Source of the DNA: Octopus sinensis
Taxonomy: Eukaryota
Assembly (NCBI RefSeq): GCF_006345805.1
Contig: NC_043007.1
Span: forward strand, 23,188,001 to 23,252,000
Direction of reading: 5' to 3'
Length of the DNA stretch: 64,000 bases
Shown here: positions 13,724 to 26,586 of the stretch, one piece after another
How positions within the stretch are numbered: position 1 is the first letter of the stretch
Layout of the letters: every line of letters begins with the position of its first letter
Position numbers and translations under genes: made by a program
The notes under the pieces: model-generated
What the model saw: only the letters and a program-made list of their open reading frames with translations
Database searches by the model: none
What the model was told of the DNA's origin: nothing

Positions 13724-14270
13724 ATACATAGATAGAGAGACAGACTGACAGAGTGATAGATAGATAGATAAATAGATAGATAGATAAAAATACACATATC
13801 TAAACACATTTATATGAAAGACATTCATATACAAATGTGTGTGTGTGTGTGTGTTCGTGTTTGTTTCAGGTAAATAAACTGTCTCCTGGGTCCCCATCTA
13901 TGTTTTAAAGACAATGTACAGACGTAATGTACTGTCATAATGAGCTGATGTTTCCCTCCCCCTTTGTACTACCAGAGAGAAAGAGAAAGTGAACGGTTGA
14001 GGGTGGAGTTAACTGGCTGAGTCGATAGGCTACCCGGCTGGCGAGTCGAAGTTTCGAAAATGTTGCTGGTGTTGGATTGTGTTAAGCGTCGATACATCTA
14101 CATCTCTAAAAGTACAATTGTAACTCTGTCGGCAGTGTAGCCACTAACTAGCAGATTTGAGTTCAATCCCCACTCCTTACAAGTATAGCTTGGAGAAGAA
14201 TGGGTCCATCAGATTTATACGTCTTATCTATCTATTAAAAACTTTTCTTCTAAGAATGTCTTCTAGTCGC

Positions 14271-14434
14271 TGACACGGCTGTGTGAGAAGAAGCTTGCTT
14301 CCCAACCACATGGTTCTTTCCGAGTTCAGTCCCACTGCATGACACCTTAGGCAAGTGACTTCTACTATAGCTTCGGACCAACCAAAGCTTTGTGAATGGA
14401 GTTGGTAGACGGAAACTGAGAATCCCGTCGTGCA
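14271..14434 (+). mobile_element. Family B SINE, 5' fragment
   Basis: Head and CORE-like segment (GAGTTCAGTCCCACTGCATGACACCTTAGGCAAGTG), ending at the internal TA microsatellite. Confidence 0.65.
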
Positions 14435-14469
14435 TATATATTATATATATATATATATATATTATATAT

Positions 14470-15839
14470 AAACGGGAAGCTTTATGAAAATAAACAAAAA
14501 GACGAAGGCAGGTGGAAAAAAAACGAACAATTGTATTAGTATGGCGCTCAGGAAATATAAATAAACAGTCTTTAACGTTTCGAGCCTACGCTCTTCAACA
14601 GAAAGATACACAGAGAGAGAAAACACACAGAAAGAAGGAAGAAAAAAAAAAAATTGCGTGCAGTAGCTAACGAATCAACATGGCGATCTGATTTCGGCCA
14701 GAGGTCAAAGATCAAACATGAGACGCGAGAGCGAAATAAGGGGAGAAATAGGGTTGATAAAAGGGTGAGGGACAGCTAAAGTGCGTGGGAGGGGTCTGGA
14801 TGTGTGTATTATGTATAGGGTTGGTGTATGTATTAGTATGTATAAGGGTGTTGGTTGTGTGGTGTGTGTGTATGAGAGAGTATTAGTGCGTAAGATTGGT
14901 TGGACATGCGTATGTATGGGTTGGTGTATGTATTTAGTTGTAAGTATGTATTAGTACGTATGGTATGTATAGGTATGTGTGTGTGTGTGTGAGAGAGTAT
15001 AGTGCGTATGCGGGGTCTGGACGTGTGTATGTATAGGGTGGTGTAAGTATAGTATGTACTAGTATGTTTAGTACGTATTAGTATGTATTAGTGGTGTGTG
15101 TATTAGTATGGCACATCCATATGTGATGTGATGTGTAAAGTCATGTGGTGTTAGTGTAGTGAGGAGAGAGGGGGAGGGGGAGAAGAGGGGGAGAAGGGGA
15201 GGGGGATGAGACGGGGGAAGAGGAGAGGAAGGGGAGAAGGAAGGGGGAGGAGAGGGGAGGATGAGGAGAAAGAGGGAGAGGGGGAGGGGAGAGAGGGCGT
15301 GAGGGAGCAGAGGGAAGGGGAAGGGGGAGGGAGAAAGAGGGAGGGAAGAAGGGAAGGGGAGTAGGGGTGAAAGGATGAAGGACTGAAGAAGTAGGGGTCG
15401 GGGGGAGAAAGGATAGGTGAGGAGGGGGGAGAGGGGGTTAGATGAGGAGGGGGGAGAGTTGAGACCAAATGGGCGTATAAGAGCGAAGAGAGAAGATTAA
15501 TTCCTGTTCACGGCGCAAACGGGAATCCGGATGGCCTCTGTGTAAGGACAAACCGAACACAGATAGGTGTTGCAAGGAGTGACCGGTGGAGCGGAAATGG
15601 CGTGAGACCGGTGTGTCGTTCGCAAGGTGGATGTCACGAAGGTGTTCCGCGAACCGGTCAGCCAAGCGGCGTCCCGTGTTGTCCGATGTACAAGGAATTG
15701 CAGAGAGAGCAAGAGATTGCAATAGATAATATTGCTGGAGGTGCAGGTGAAGGAGTGGATGATGGGATAGGGTCGATGGTGGGTGCTAGTGAGGCGGGGG
15801 TGGTGTTGGAGAGGTAAGGCAAAGTGCGGCAACGTGGGC

Positions 15840-15840
<1 letters not shown>
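14470..15840 (-). mobile_element. 5'-truncated Penelope-like retroelement (GIY-YIG endonuclease end plus 3' terminal repeat), inserted in (TA)n
   Basis: The frameshifted minus-strand translation reads RPRCRT..HSFTCTSSNIIYC..(YIGQ)TGRRLADRFAEHLRDI..PVSRHF..RLRREQELIFSLRSYTP, the PLE GIY-YIG signature with an upstream Cys motif (Neptune-like by inference). Both ends abut (TA)n. Confidence 0.8.
14569..14606 (-). ncRNA. Minimal type-I hammerhead ribozyme fold with variant core CUGUUGA
   Basis: Minus strand reads TCTTT-CTGTTGA-A-GAGC(GTAG)GCTC-GAAA-CG-T-T-AAAGA. Stem I is TCTTT/AAAGA, stem II GAGC/GCTC, and stem III a loopless ACGT palindrome. It lies at the PLE 3' end. Confidence 0.6.
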
Positions 15841-15885
<45 letters not shown>

Positions 15886-15931
15886 TATATATATATATAA
15901 TATATATACCATATTATATATAGGTGTGTAT

Positions 15932-16243
15932 GTGGAGGCGCAATAGCCCAGTGGTTAGGGCAGCGGACTCGCGGTTCGTAGCATCTCGGTTTGTTTTCCA
16001 GACCAGGTGTTGTGAGTATTTATTGAGCGGAAACCCCTAAAGCTCCATGAGGCTCCGGCAGGGAGTGGTGGTGATCACTATTGTACTCTTTCACGACAAC
16101 TTTCCCTTACTCTTTTCTTTGTGGCCTGCTCGCTGAGCCAGCGGGTGGCGTCATTGAAGGCTAAAACAATGCGCAGCGCATTGTGACCAGCGAGTGTAAC
16201 TTAACAAACATCTGATGGCCTGGTCGCCACGTGATCACGTGAT
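15932..16243 (+). mobile_element. tRNA-headed SINE, head C + tail 2
   Basis: Same head and core as 2426-2817, followed by an unrelated tail (GAAGGCTAAAACAATGCG..CACGTGATCACGTGAT). Confidence 0.7.
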
Positions 16244-16304
16244 ATATATATATATTATATTATATATATATATATATATATATATGATGGTGGACTCTCC
16301 CGCC

Positions 16305-16586
16305 GAAGACTACGTATGAGCGTGCAGCTTTTGCCGAACGACCTGCATAAATGATTTGTTCATAGTGATCAAATGTTCATGCCACACATTAACTCACTCT
16401 CTCCATTAAATCGACGTTGTTAGAACTGGCGTACTGTGTGCCACGTCTCTGGTGTGAAAGTGATTGCAGAGCAACGTGAGATGAAGTGGTTTGCTCAAGA
16501 ACACAGCGCAGCACCTGGTCTAGGGATTGAAACCACGATCTAGCGATCTTGAGTGCAACTCCCTAACCACTAAGCTATGCTCCCTC
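16305..16586 (-). mobile_element. Degenerate tRNA-headed SINE, head D + tail 5
   Basis: Minus-strand TAGCTTAGTGGTTAGGG..GGTTTCAATCCC head and GTGTTCTTGAGCAAACCACTTCATCTCAC core like 38063-38310, with a different 3' part. Confidence 0.55.
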
Positions 16587-16594
16587 AGTTGACT

Positions 16595-16722
16595 CTGTGT
16601 GTTTGTATGCCTTTGTGTCTGTGTTTGTCTGTCACTGCCGCTTGGCAACCGATGTTGGTGTTTTTACGTCCTTATAATGTAGCAGTTCGGCAAAAGAGTA
16701 CGATAGAATAAGTACCAGGCTT
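16595..16722 (+). mobile_element. Family B SINE, 3' fragment
   Basis: CAACCGATGTTGGTG..GCAGTTCGGCAAAAGAG..GATAGAATAAGTACCAGGC. Confidence 0.6.
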
Positions 16723-17164
16723 TAAAAGACAAAAGTTGTAGGTTGGAGGTCGTCCTTTACCACGAGTGTCCTCTTCCTTTTCTTTTTTCCCGCCATTTCC
16801 CAGCTGTTGTTTACCTCCTCTTCCTCGACGCTGGTACTGGTCCTGGTCTGTGGTGCCGCTTCACTCTCCTTCTCGTACTTTTCCTCAGCCTCCACGGGCA
16901 GTGGAGCACCAACCACTTTCTCACTCTCTTACCTTTTTTTAGTCTTCACAGGCGGTGGAGTACAATCAGCTTTAATGTAGCCTTTCAGCAGTAGAACTAA
17001 CCAAAACGATAAACCGGAAGCAAGTTTCTTACCACTACTTTGAAAGATATGTCCATAAGCCTCTTCCTTCGTTTGTTTGATGTTGTTTCCATGGTTTATC
17101 ATATTGTTCTAATATCGCAAATTGTATAAACCTCTTCTATCTGAATGTCTTAATATTTAGTAGA

Positions 17165-17575
17165 CTCAGACACGGTCACATGGTTAAGAAGATCGCTTTG
17201 CAACTACGTGGTTTTGGGCTCAGTCCAACTGCATAGCACCTTGGCCAGGTATCTTCTATCACAGCCGCGTGCCGACCAATGTTTGAGTGAATCTGGGAGG
17301 CGGAAACTGTGTAGAAGCCTGACACATGTGTGTGTATGTGTACCTGTCCCCTCTCCCATCGCTTGATAACCAGTGTTGATTTATTTTTTACGTCCCGTAA
17401 CGTAGCGGTTCGGTAAAAGAGACCGATAGAATAAGTATCAGATACTAATAAAAATGACAACAACAACAACAACAATAATAATAATAAATACTGGAATCGG
17501 GTTGTTTGACTAAACCCTCCAAGGCGGTGCCCCAGCATGGCCACAGGCCAATGACTGAAACAATTTAAAGATAAA
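17165..17575 (+). mobile_element. Diverged family B SINE, full length
   Basis: Head, CORE-like segment and 3' GGCGGTGCCCCAGCATGGCCACAG..AATGACTGAAACA are all recognisable. Confidence 0.7.
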
Positions 17576-18146
17576 AGGTAAAAAAGATAAATATTGATAA
17601 TCTGTTCTCTTAACTTACCTCCGCCCGTGTTTCTAATTCCATAAAATCCCTTAATGGCTTATTGGATGTTGAACGACTGGATATGACATTTGCAATATAA
17701 TAGAATTATTTGCAGAAACTAGCAATTAATGATATAACTATCTAATAATCTTCACTGGGTTTCACACTTCGTTACTAAAAGAAACAAAAGAATAGCAACA
17801 GCAATTATTTTAGACCCAACCTTTCTCTCTCCCCTTTCTTTCTTTCTTTCTTTCTTCGCCCCCCTCTCTCCGTCTTCTTTTATTTTGTTGTTTGGCTGAG
17901 ACAGTATGTTGTCATGGAGAATGGCTGTAGCAGGATGGAATTCATTCGATTCGTCTGAATGCATGAAAGGTAAGGTGTATTTTGTCGCCTCGGTCGCACA
18001 GCTGACAAGAACCAGTTTCCTTGGATCCTGAATTTTACCAGCGACAGTATGGCCATACGCTCGTCTCTCCCAGTGATAACACGAAAGAAGATAGGGTAAA
18101 TTTTCACTAGTACATCCGTCTCATTTTGAAAATAAAATTTGTTTTC

Positions 18147-18246
18147 NNNNNNNNNNNNNNNNNNNNNNNNNNNNNNNNNNNNNNNNNNNNNNNNNNNNNN
18201 NNNNNNNNNNNNNNNNNNNNNNNNNNNNNNNNNNNNNNNNNNNNNN
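18147..18246. other. Assembly gap (100 N)
   Basis: Run of N. Contiguity across it is not guaranteed. Confidence 0.99.
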
Positions 18247-18621
18247 TAGGCGGGAAATAGGAACACCACACGATACGTGAAACCGGCCTTATGTGCCTGT
18301 GCCTCGGCAAGGAGCTTTGATACGCTCACACATTTATATAAATGTTACCCTAAGCTTTATGATTTTAAAGCTAGTTTAAGAATTACTACAAGACATTTGC
18401 TGGTGGGGTGACGCAGTACTGAGGATACAATTACACGTATCGTAAAACACGAGTGAACTGGTGCCAGTTTCATTTATCGACTTATGCAATCTATACGCTA
18501 AGTTAAAATAAGACGATTGGCGCAAATTGAAGTTTCGGTCGACTCAAAATCTGTGTGTGTGTGTAATATATATTTATTTGTACATACACACACACACACA
18601 AACACACATCTTTTGTCTTTT

Positions 18622-18945
18622 ATATTTTACTTGTTTCAGGCATTAAAGTGTGTGGAGTGCGGCCACGCTGGAGCACCACCTTTTAGTCGAATGAATCGAC
18701 CCCTGTACTTTTTCTATTTGTCTCTTTGTCGAACCGCTAATTTGTGAAGCTGGTAGGGGACAAACACACACACACATATACATACACATACGACGAGCTT
18801 CTTTCAGTTTCCGTCTACCGAATCCACTCACAAGGCTTTCGTCGGACCGAAACTATTGTAGAAGACATTTACCCAAGGTACCACGCTGTTGGACTGAACC
18901 CGGAACCATGTGATCGAGAAACAAACTTCTTATCAGACACCCACT
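18622..18945 (-). mobile_element. Diverged family B SINE
   Basis: Reverse-complement match to family B, from the tail (TTTTACTTGTTTCAG) to the head (GGACTGAACCCGGAACCATGTG). Confidence 0.7.
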
Positions 18946-19344
18946 CTTACACACATACTCACACCTCAGTATGTATGATTATATATATAAAATATTGTTG
19001 TCCTAGCTACATTATTCGAATAAGAAGGAGGGAATAGCCATGGCTGGAATATCTCATGTTAGTCATATCTTTGTTTACTCCGTCCGCAGCCGACCTAGAA
19101 CCAAACAATTATAACATACGTAAACATATGGTTCACATATTCGAACATTCACAGTCGACTTACATTTCGTCCAAAGAGAGAAAAAAGTCATCAGGCTGCT
19201 TAAATAAATAGTTTGTCTGTTCCTTATTTCTGGTTGTACGCTGTAGTCATGTCAAAAATGAATTTTTGACAATATGTTGGAGATTGATCGCCTCAAAACA
19301 CCAAAAGGAACCGTGATCCTTACTAGCTCTGTTTTAATCGCCTC

Positions 19345-20559
19345 TCATCTAATTTGGCTTTCATTCACTTCTTTTCCTCTGTTTGTCCTCTTTCTTCTTC
19401 TGATTTTATACCACTCAGCCTTCTCTCACCTCTCGACTACAATCTGACTCTATATTCTTCTTTCTTTCTTTCTTATTTTCTTTACTACCTTCTTAAACCT
19501 TCGAGCATCCATCTTTCAATTCGCTCTCTTTCAGTCCCCACTCTTACATTTCTGTCTGTCTGTCTGTCTCTTTCTCTCTCTCTCTCTCGCCCTCTCGCTC
19601 TCTTTCTCGTTTCTATTTCTCTTTGTGAGTCTGTTTTGACTCTCTCTAAACCTTACTCTTCCTCTCGAATCCCCCTTCAACTCTTTCCTTTTTAAGCCTC
19701 TTCTTACTCTTGCTCTCTAAGTCCCCCTCTTACTTTTCACTTCACCTTTCTCTTTTCTCTATTTTTCCTTTTCTCCTTCCTTTTCAGTTTTTATCCTCGT
19801 TCCCTTCAACCTTTCGCTTCTCTTTGTTTCTTCTTTTAAAATATGCTTTTGTCTTTCTTCCTCCACTATTTTCGGCTCCACCTCCTTGTCCATCTCTAGA
19901 TGTCTATTCCTTCTCTCTCTCTCTCTCTCTCTCTTTCTCCCTCTCTCTCTCCCTCTCAGTCTGTCTGTCTCTCTGACACTTCTTTCTTTCGACTTTTACA
20001 CCACTCCTACTTTCTCTCTATTTCTCTATATGTCGTCCACTTTCTCTTTCTTATTTTTCATTTTTCTCACTCCCCACACTCATTCAGTATCACCATTTTC
20101 TTTTCTTTCTCTTTCTCCATTTTTGCTTCACTTCTTCCACCTTACTTTTCTTTGTTGCTCTTTTCCTATACCTCCCCCACCATCACGCCTCTTCTTTTCC
20201 ACTCTTTCCTCTTTAACCTTTAATAAGTTTTTCCTCTCCATCTATTCCTGCTCTTTTTCTCAACCTTTAATTTTATTCTTTTTCACTTCTTCCTTCTTTT
20301 TTCACTCTTTCTGTCTCTATAATCTCTCTCACTCACTCTCTCTCTCACTCACTCTCTCTCTCTCACTCACTCTCTCTCTCTCTCACTAACTCTCTCTCTC
20401 TCACTCACTCTCTCTCTCACTAACTCACTCTCTCCCACTCACTCTCTCTCTCTCTTCTTACTTTTTTTCGAGTCACTTCTCAAAATCTCTTTTCTCACTT
20501 CTCTAAAAGACCATTCGCTCTCCTTCAGTCACATTTTCCATACTCTTTTAACTGCCATA

Positions 20560-20560
<1 letters not shown>
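19345..20560. repeat. ~1.2 kb polypyrimidine (CT-rich) low-complexity tract
   Basis: Direct reading. Includes CTCT and CTCA repeats. Confidence 0.9.
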
Positions 20561-20592
<32 letters not shown>

Positions 20593-20871
20593 CACATCCT
20601 ATCCCTCACCCTACCATTCTTAATGCCACCACCACCACCACCACCACCACCACCAACACCCATCGTTATTACGAACCAACGAAGAATCCTCTATTCAGTC
20701 GCTTGACTTGCTAAATGTAGCTACCAAATTCCCCCCAAATACCCTTGTAGCATTAAAAAAAATATAGGAGACATTGAACAATGTAGTCTTGAAATATCAG
20801 AAAGACGGGATGGCCATGGCTAATACAACTTTAATCATGGCTCACTGGTCAATAATGTTTGATTTAATGTC

Positions 20872-20903
<32 letters not shown>

Positions 20904-21175
20904 TCTACCGGCCCTACATCTGCGATTGAGTTCTACGTACGACATCCCCAAATCTGCGCAAATACCATTGCTATCGCTACCACCACTACCACCACCACCA
21001 CTCCCACCACCATCTCTAATGTTACCATCGTTACTACTGCTAGAACGGGGTACTTTAGACAGTACCACTGTAATGCTACCATCGCCCCCAACTGCACTGA
21101 CATCGTCGCGACCAGATTTTACGCGTAGAACATAGATACATACCATACATACATACATACATAATCTATATATAT

Positions 21176-21208
<33 letters not shown>

Positions 21209-22310
21209 GCATCACACCATCGCGCATTTGACAAACGCACAACACACACACATACACACACACTTACACACACACACACACACAACACACACACACACAC
21301 ACACACAGACACCTACACACAATTGTTCTTCCAGTTGATTTTATGTAGCGAAACAGATTATCATTTCTTCCTTCTTTTTCCCCCACTTCTTTCTCATAGA
21401 ATAAAGGAGATTAACAGAAATTCAAAGAATTCATAGATAAATAAAATTGTCCTGTCATACAGACAGACAATCACTAGTTTCATTGTTGAGACAGCGCAAG
21501 TCGTACACACACACACACACACACACATACTAATTCACTTTGACACATACACACACACACACACATATACCACTACGCATATATTTATTACGCACATACA
21601 TTAGAACATACATGTAAACACATACACACACATGCATACACATACATACGCAGAAGTCAACAGGATTTCATATTTGTCGGTAGAAAACATCGGTATTTTC
21701 CGGCATATGACAGTAGAAGTCGAAGAAAGCAGCAGAATTTTTCTACAAATTCTCTCTCTCTCTCTTTCTCTTTCTCTCTCGCTCCCTCTCTCTTTCTCTT
21801 TCTATTTCTCTTTCTCTCTCTCTATTTATCTCACTCTCCCCCTTCCTCTCTTCTGTTTTTTTTTCTCTCCATTTGGGATCGTCTGCTTTTCGTCATTTCA
21901 TTTACAAAGGAATTGTGTTCATTCGTATGCCTTGTCTTCTGTCTGCCAAGGGATTTTAAAACTGATATTTGCCTCTTGAACAGGGGGCGAAGGGGGTAAG
22001 TTATTTGTTTTACCTTTAAGATTTTGGTCGGCAACTGATTATTCATCTATTTCATTCTTCCATTTTCTTTTGTTTTTCTGGATTCCTACAAAACTCTTGA
22101 AATCTTTTTTACTTTTTATTCTATTATTCATCTTTGTTTCATTCTTTTTGTTTTAACTCCCTTTTTTTCTTACTCCTTTACAATCTGTCTTTCCTTCAAA
22201 CTTCTTTCAAGTGTCTTTCAGTCATATAAACGAACATCAGCTTTTTTTTTTGTTTTGTTTTGTCTTTCTTTCAATCATTCTTTCAATATTTTAAAGTCTT
22301 TCTTTCGTCA

Positions 22311-22650
22311 CAGGGGTGTGTGGTTAAGAAGCTCACTTTGTGAGCACATGGTTTCGGGTTCAGTCCCACTGAGTAGCACCTTGGCAAAGTGACTTCTGCT
22401 ATCATCCTGAACCGACCAATGTCTCGTGAGTGCATTCAGCTGACGGAAACTGTATGGAAGCCCGTCGTGTATATGTGTGCATGTGTTGTTGACAGTTCCT
22501 CACTTCTGCTTGACAACCGATGTTAGTTTGTTTACGTCCCTGTAACATAGCAATTCGGCAAAAGAAAACAAGTACCAGACTTAAAAGTGAATATTGGGCT
22601 TGATTTGACAGATTATATCCTTCACGGCATTGACCCAGCATGGCCGCGGT
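22311..22650 (+). mobile_element. Diverged family B SINE
   Basis: GGTTTCGGGTTCAGTCCCACTGAGTAGCACCTTGGCAAAGTG head/core and CCCAGCATGGCCGC 3' part. Confidence 0.7.
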
Positions 22651-22715
22651 CTGGCGTTTTCTTCTTTACTTTCTTTCTTTCTTTCCTTCTTTCATCATAT
22701 CCTATTTTTTTTTGT

Positions 22716-23085
22716 GTTTTACTTGCTTCACTCATTGAAATACGGCCGTACTTATTCCCTTAAGTCAGATACTTGTTTCAGCGGCCCTATTGCCAAACCG
22801 CTAAATTATGAAAGCGTAAACAAACCAACACCGGTTACTAAGCGGTGGAGTGGGGGTGACAAACACAGGCGCAGGCACACATCTCACAGACCTCTCCCAC
22901 CCCCCACATACACACACATACAACGGGCTTCTATAGTTTTCGTCCACCAAATTCACTCAGAAAGCATTAGTCGGCTTGGGGCAATAGTAGAAGACACTTG
23001 CCCAAGATACCGCACAGTGGGACTGAACCCAAAACTTCTTGATTGCAAAGCGAGCTTCTCAACGGCAGAGCTATATACTTGCGCT
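22716..23085 (-). mobile_element. Diverged family B SINE (tail-to-tail with the previous copy)
   Basis: Reverse-complement match: AGAAGACACTTGCCCAAGATACCGCACAGTGGGACTGAACCC. Confidence 0.7.
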
Positions 23086-23882
23086 TGTTTACTTTTCACC
23101 CTTGTTTACTTTTGTTATTGAATAATTATTTCTTATTTATTATTTCTGCTATCTATTTTCTTTAAGTTTTTTTTTTCATTTTTGTATTTTTTTTTCTATT
23201 TTCAATCATTTGTCATTTATTCCATAGAGATTTCAGCTTTTACGTATCAATGTTTTGGTTCTGTTCCAGTCGAAGTAAATTTTTAATTTTATCAAAACAT
23301 TCAGCGAAGCAATTTTATCAAATGATTACCGCGGACATGAAAAAAAAAAGTTTTTCTTCAATTAATCTCTCTTCGTTTATTTTAATATATCAGCTTAGCG
23401 TTCTTGTATTTTATTTATATGTTAATGCATTTATTTTAGAATTGCTATTCAATTATGCTAATCACTTGTTGATAGATGCCGCAAATCTAAAGATGCCTCG
23501 CAATATATCTCCGAAACACCATACAACAACAACATCAACAACGATGATCCCTTCTTCATTGTCCACAAGCATGCATGCATACATGACAAAACATGGCGAG
23601 TAAATGGGTTTCAAAACATGTGATTACACACACATACATATATGTATTAATAGTTATTGCCAAGTTAACATGATAGTCCAGAAAAATAGGACGAATGCTG
23701 CCGTTGATTAGCTCCAGGAGGCCATCGTCTCTAGCTAGCTATGTGACACACAAACCTGTGTCCCCTACAACCTTCGAACAGGGGAGCTCATCAGCTTCCC
23801 CTTGCTGGTTCACCAACCACTGACTAGTTTCGAGGTATTTGCCCTTTATCAATGTGGAGTAGCCGAACCCAGCAGGCACACA

Positions 23883-23913
<31 letters not shown>

Positions 23914-23950
23914 TTATATATGTATACATATATATCATATATACATATAA

Positions 23951-24035
<85 letters not shown>

Positions 24036-24049
24036 GTATGTATGTACGT

Positions 24050-24290
24050 AACGTGCAAGTGGCTGAGCGCTCCACAGACACGCATACCCTTAACGTGGTT
24101 CTCAGGAAGATTCAACGTGACACAGAACGTCGCAAGGCTGGTCCTTTGATATGCAGGTACTACTCATGTTTGCCATGTGAAATAAATGTGAAATAAAGTG
24201 TCTTGCTCAAGGGCACAACGCGCCGCCAGTTTTCGAACGTACATCGTTACGATCGTGAACCGAATACCCTAACCACTAAACCACGTGCCT
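24050..24290 (-). mobile_element. tRNA-headed SINE, head D + tail 1 (3'-truncated)
   Basis: Minus-strand head GTGGTTTAGTGGTTAGGGTATTCG and D core GCGTTGTGCCCTTGAGCAAGACACTT, joined to tail 1 (..CACGTTAAGGGTATGCGTGTCTGTGGAGCGCTCAGCCACTTGCACG). Confidence 0.7.
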
Positions 24291-24479
24291 TCTTGTTATT
24301 TAGAACAAAACAACTAGGGACAATCCAGTTACACATGTATAGTTAGAATCCGCATGGATTTAACGAGTGTATCCCACGACCCTGATCTCATTTTATTTTT
24401 ATGTACTCAGCATTTATATACACAAGATATTTAGTTCTGGAGGTTTCCGTCGACAACTCATATTTCGTAGTGAATAATA

Positions 24480-26060
24480 AAGAAAGTTTCATGTCCTCCC
24501 GAGAGCTGAGGTATAACTGTCCATATGCTGTCCTCAATCTGCTCTTTATCTTTTCCTTCGTCTTCCTGTAGATCGTTCAAATCATTCATCAATTTCTCTT
24601 TAGGTATTCGAATAGCTGTGAACTTCACAGACTTCCAAAGGGTGGTGGGCTCTTCGTTGCACGTTTACTTGCTATCTAGTAGGATTCGTTTATATTTCCT
24701 TCACTGAAGAGAGTCTTTTTTTCTTTTTCTCTCCAATGTATCCGATAATTCGACACTCTTCTTCACTCCATATTTCCTCCCCAAAATCACAAAACGGTGG
24801 ATGGTAGAACTTTGGTCCCAGGTACTGAGGAGGAGGCAATTTCTTTTGCTACATTTAGAGGTGAAACTAGTGACACTCTGGAAATAACATCATCTGGGGC
24901 CCTGCTGGTGTTATTGCTGCGTCTGCTCTTATTTGCTTTATCTCTTTTCTAACTTACCAGCTCTTCTGAGCAAAAAGATTTCTTGTAACAGATGGACTGT
25001 CTGCCTTGCACCATCAAATTCGTTGTCTTTCTTTCTTCTCCCACAATAGTGCACAACTCCTCAATTTGCAGGTTTGCAGGTTAGATCATTAAGATCGACA
25101 TGTCTATGCAGACACCTTCTATGTTTTCTGGTCTGCCGCTACGTTCTGAGTTCAAATTCCGCCGAGGTCGACTTTGCCTTTCATCCTTTCGAGGTCGATA
25201 AATTAAGTACCAGTTAGTTACGCACTGGGGTCGATCTAATCGACTTAATCCCTTTGTCCTTGTTTGTCCCCTCTATGTTTAGCCCCTTGTGGGCAATAAA
25301 GAAATAAGATTCCCTCGGAGCTTACGAACTGCCTGTAATGTACCTTGAATGCGATGAAAATCCAAGGCTCAACGTCACCATCTATGTCTCGCGCTGTGCT
25401 TCACGTGTTACATTTTCCCACTCAGTATGACACTAGCCTATGGGCTGGTATGCGGTGCACCGAATCGTCCTACTTTCTATTTTCGTCTTTGGTTTTGAAG
25501 ACCAAGTACACACTTTGTCATTTTGCTTTACCTGTATCAATGGAACAAACGTCGTGCTACAGGCTGTCTACGATTTTGTTAGACTGTTCTTTTGGGGGCA
25601 TATGGAAAAACCCTTACGATCTTTTCAAATAGAGTTATGCCCCTCCTTCTACTTACCCGTTCCTAAATAAGTTCTTCAGGAAAGGTGACACACAATTTTG
25701 TAACATACCGCTGCTATGTTATTGCCTGTGATCAGACCTACATCTAAAGCATCTTTGTGACTTGCAATGCTCACAAAGGAGTTGTTAGTACTTTTGTTAA
25801 TATCGTACCAGTTTACTATGTTGTAAGGTGCCATGCCCGTTTCATTTTCAAATGTCAGATGAGAGCATCAGTGTTCCTGATTATATTTGTTTGTTTCATT
25901 GTCATCCATTTTTTAAATTTTTACCGTTTGTCTTTATTTTATTTTTTTCATTTTTTGTCTTGAATTAGCTTTCGTGTTGTCGATATTTTCTTTGCGCATG
26001 GGATATGTGTGGTTAAGAGCGTATCTTGCACCACTTTGTTGTTAACATTTTGTCCTACTT
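24480..26060 (-). mobile_element. Possible heavily decayed retroelement ORF1/gag-like remnant interrupted by a SINE
   Basis: Purine-rich, coding-like minus strand with fragments such as VQGRQSICY and a basic ERKRKKRL stretch. Many stops. Weak. Confidence 0.25.
25131..25308 (+). mobile_element. Family A SINE, 5'-truncated
   Basis: High identity to 52294-52528 from GTCTGCC..TACGTTCTGAGTTCAAATTCCGCCGAGGTCGAC to the GCAATAAAGAAATAAG tail. Confidence 0.85.
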
Positions 26061-26504
26061 GTTCCCCTGGTAGTAAAAGCTATATTCATTTAAATGTGAA
26101 TACAAGAAAATTTTTCGAAAACAAAAAAGAAAATAATAATAATGTTTAAAAGACAGACATTTTGTCTACCTCATATATTGATAGTAGGTGCCCATATGTT
26201 CGGAAGTTTTTTGTTTGCAAAATCAAGGAAGTAGACAAATAAAAACAAACAAATAAAAAAGAGAAAGGAAAAAAAAAAAAGGAAATTTTATTCAGTAAAA
26301 TTCATTTCCACTGAATAAATAATCTAGTTTTCTCAGATCGGTGTGAAACTATGCCCGTTCTCGTCAAATAATAATTTCTAAAATAGGTACGAAGTTCCCA
26401 GGTCTTGTTGAGTCTGAAGAATGAAGCATGCTGTCAACGTTGGCGGGATTTGAATTGAAACGTAAAGAAAACAACTAAATACTGCTGAAAATTTATAGTA
26501 GAAA

Positions 26505-26586
26505 ACACTTGCCTAAGGTACCATGCAGTAGGACTGAACCTGGAACCATGTGGTTGGGAAGCAAGCTTCTTATCACACAGCCACGT
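26505..26586 (-). mobile_element. Family B SINE head fragment
   Basis: AAACACTTGCCTAAGGTACCATGCAGTAGGACTGAACCTGGAACCATGTGGTTGG. Confidence 0.6.

Noticed and set aside
17900-17975. Possible plus-strand exon ending AAG|GTAAGG (MLSWRMAVAGWNSFDSSECMK); similar donor-like sites at ~21995 (+) and ~45070 (-)
   Set aside because: Weak acceptors or in-frame stops, no recognisable homology, and inconsistent strands.
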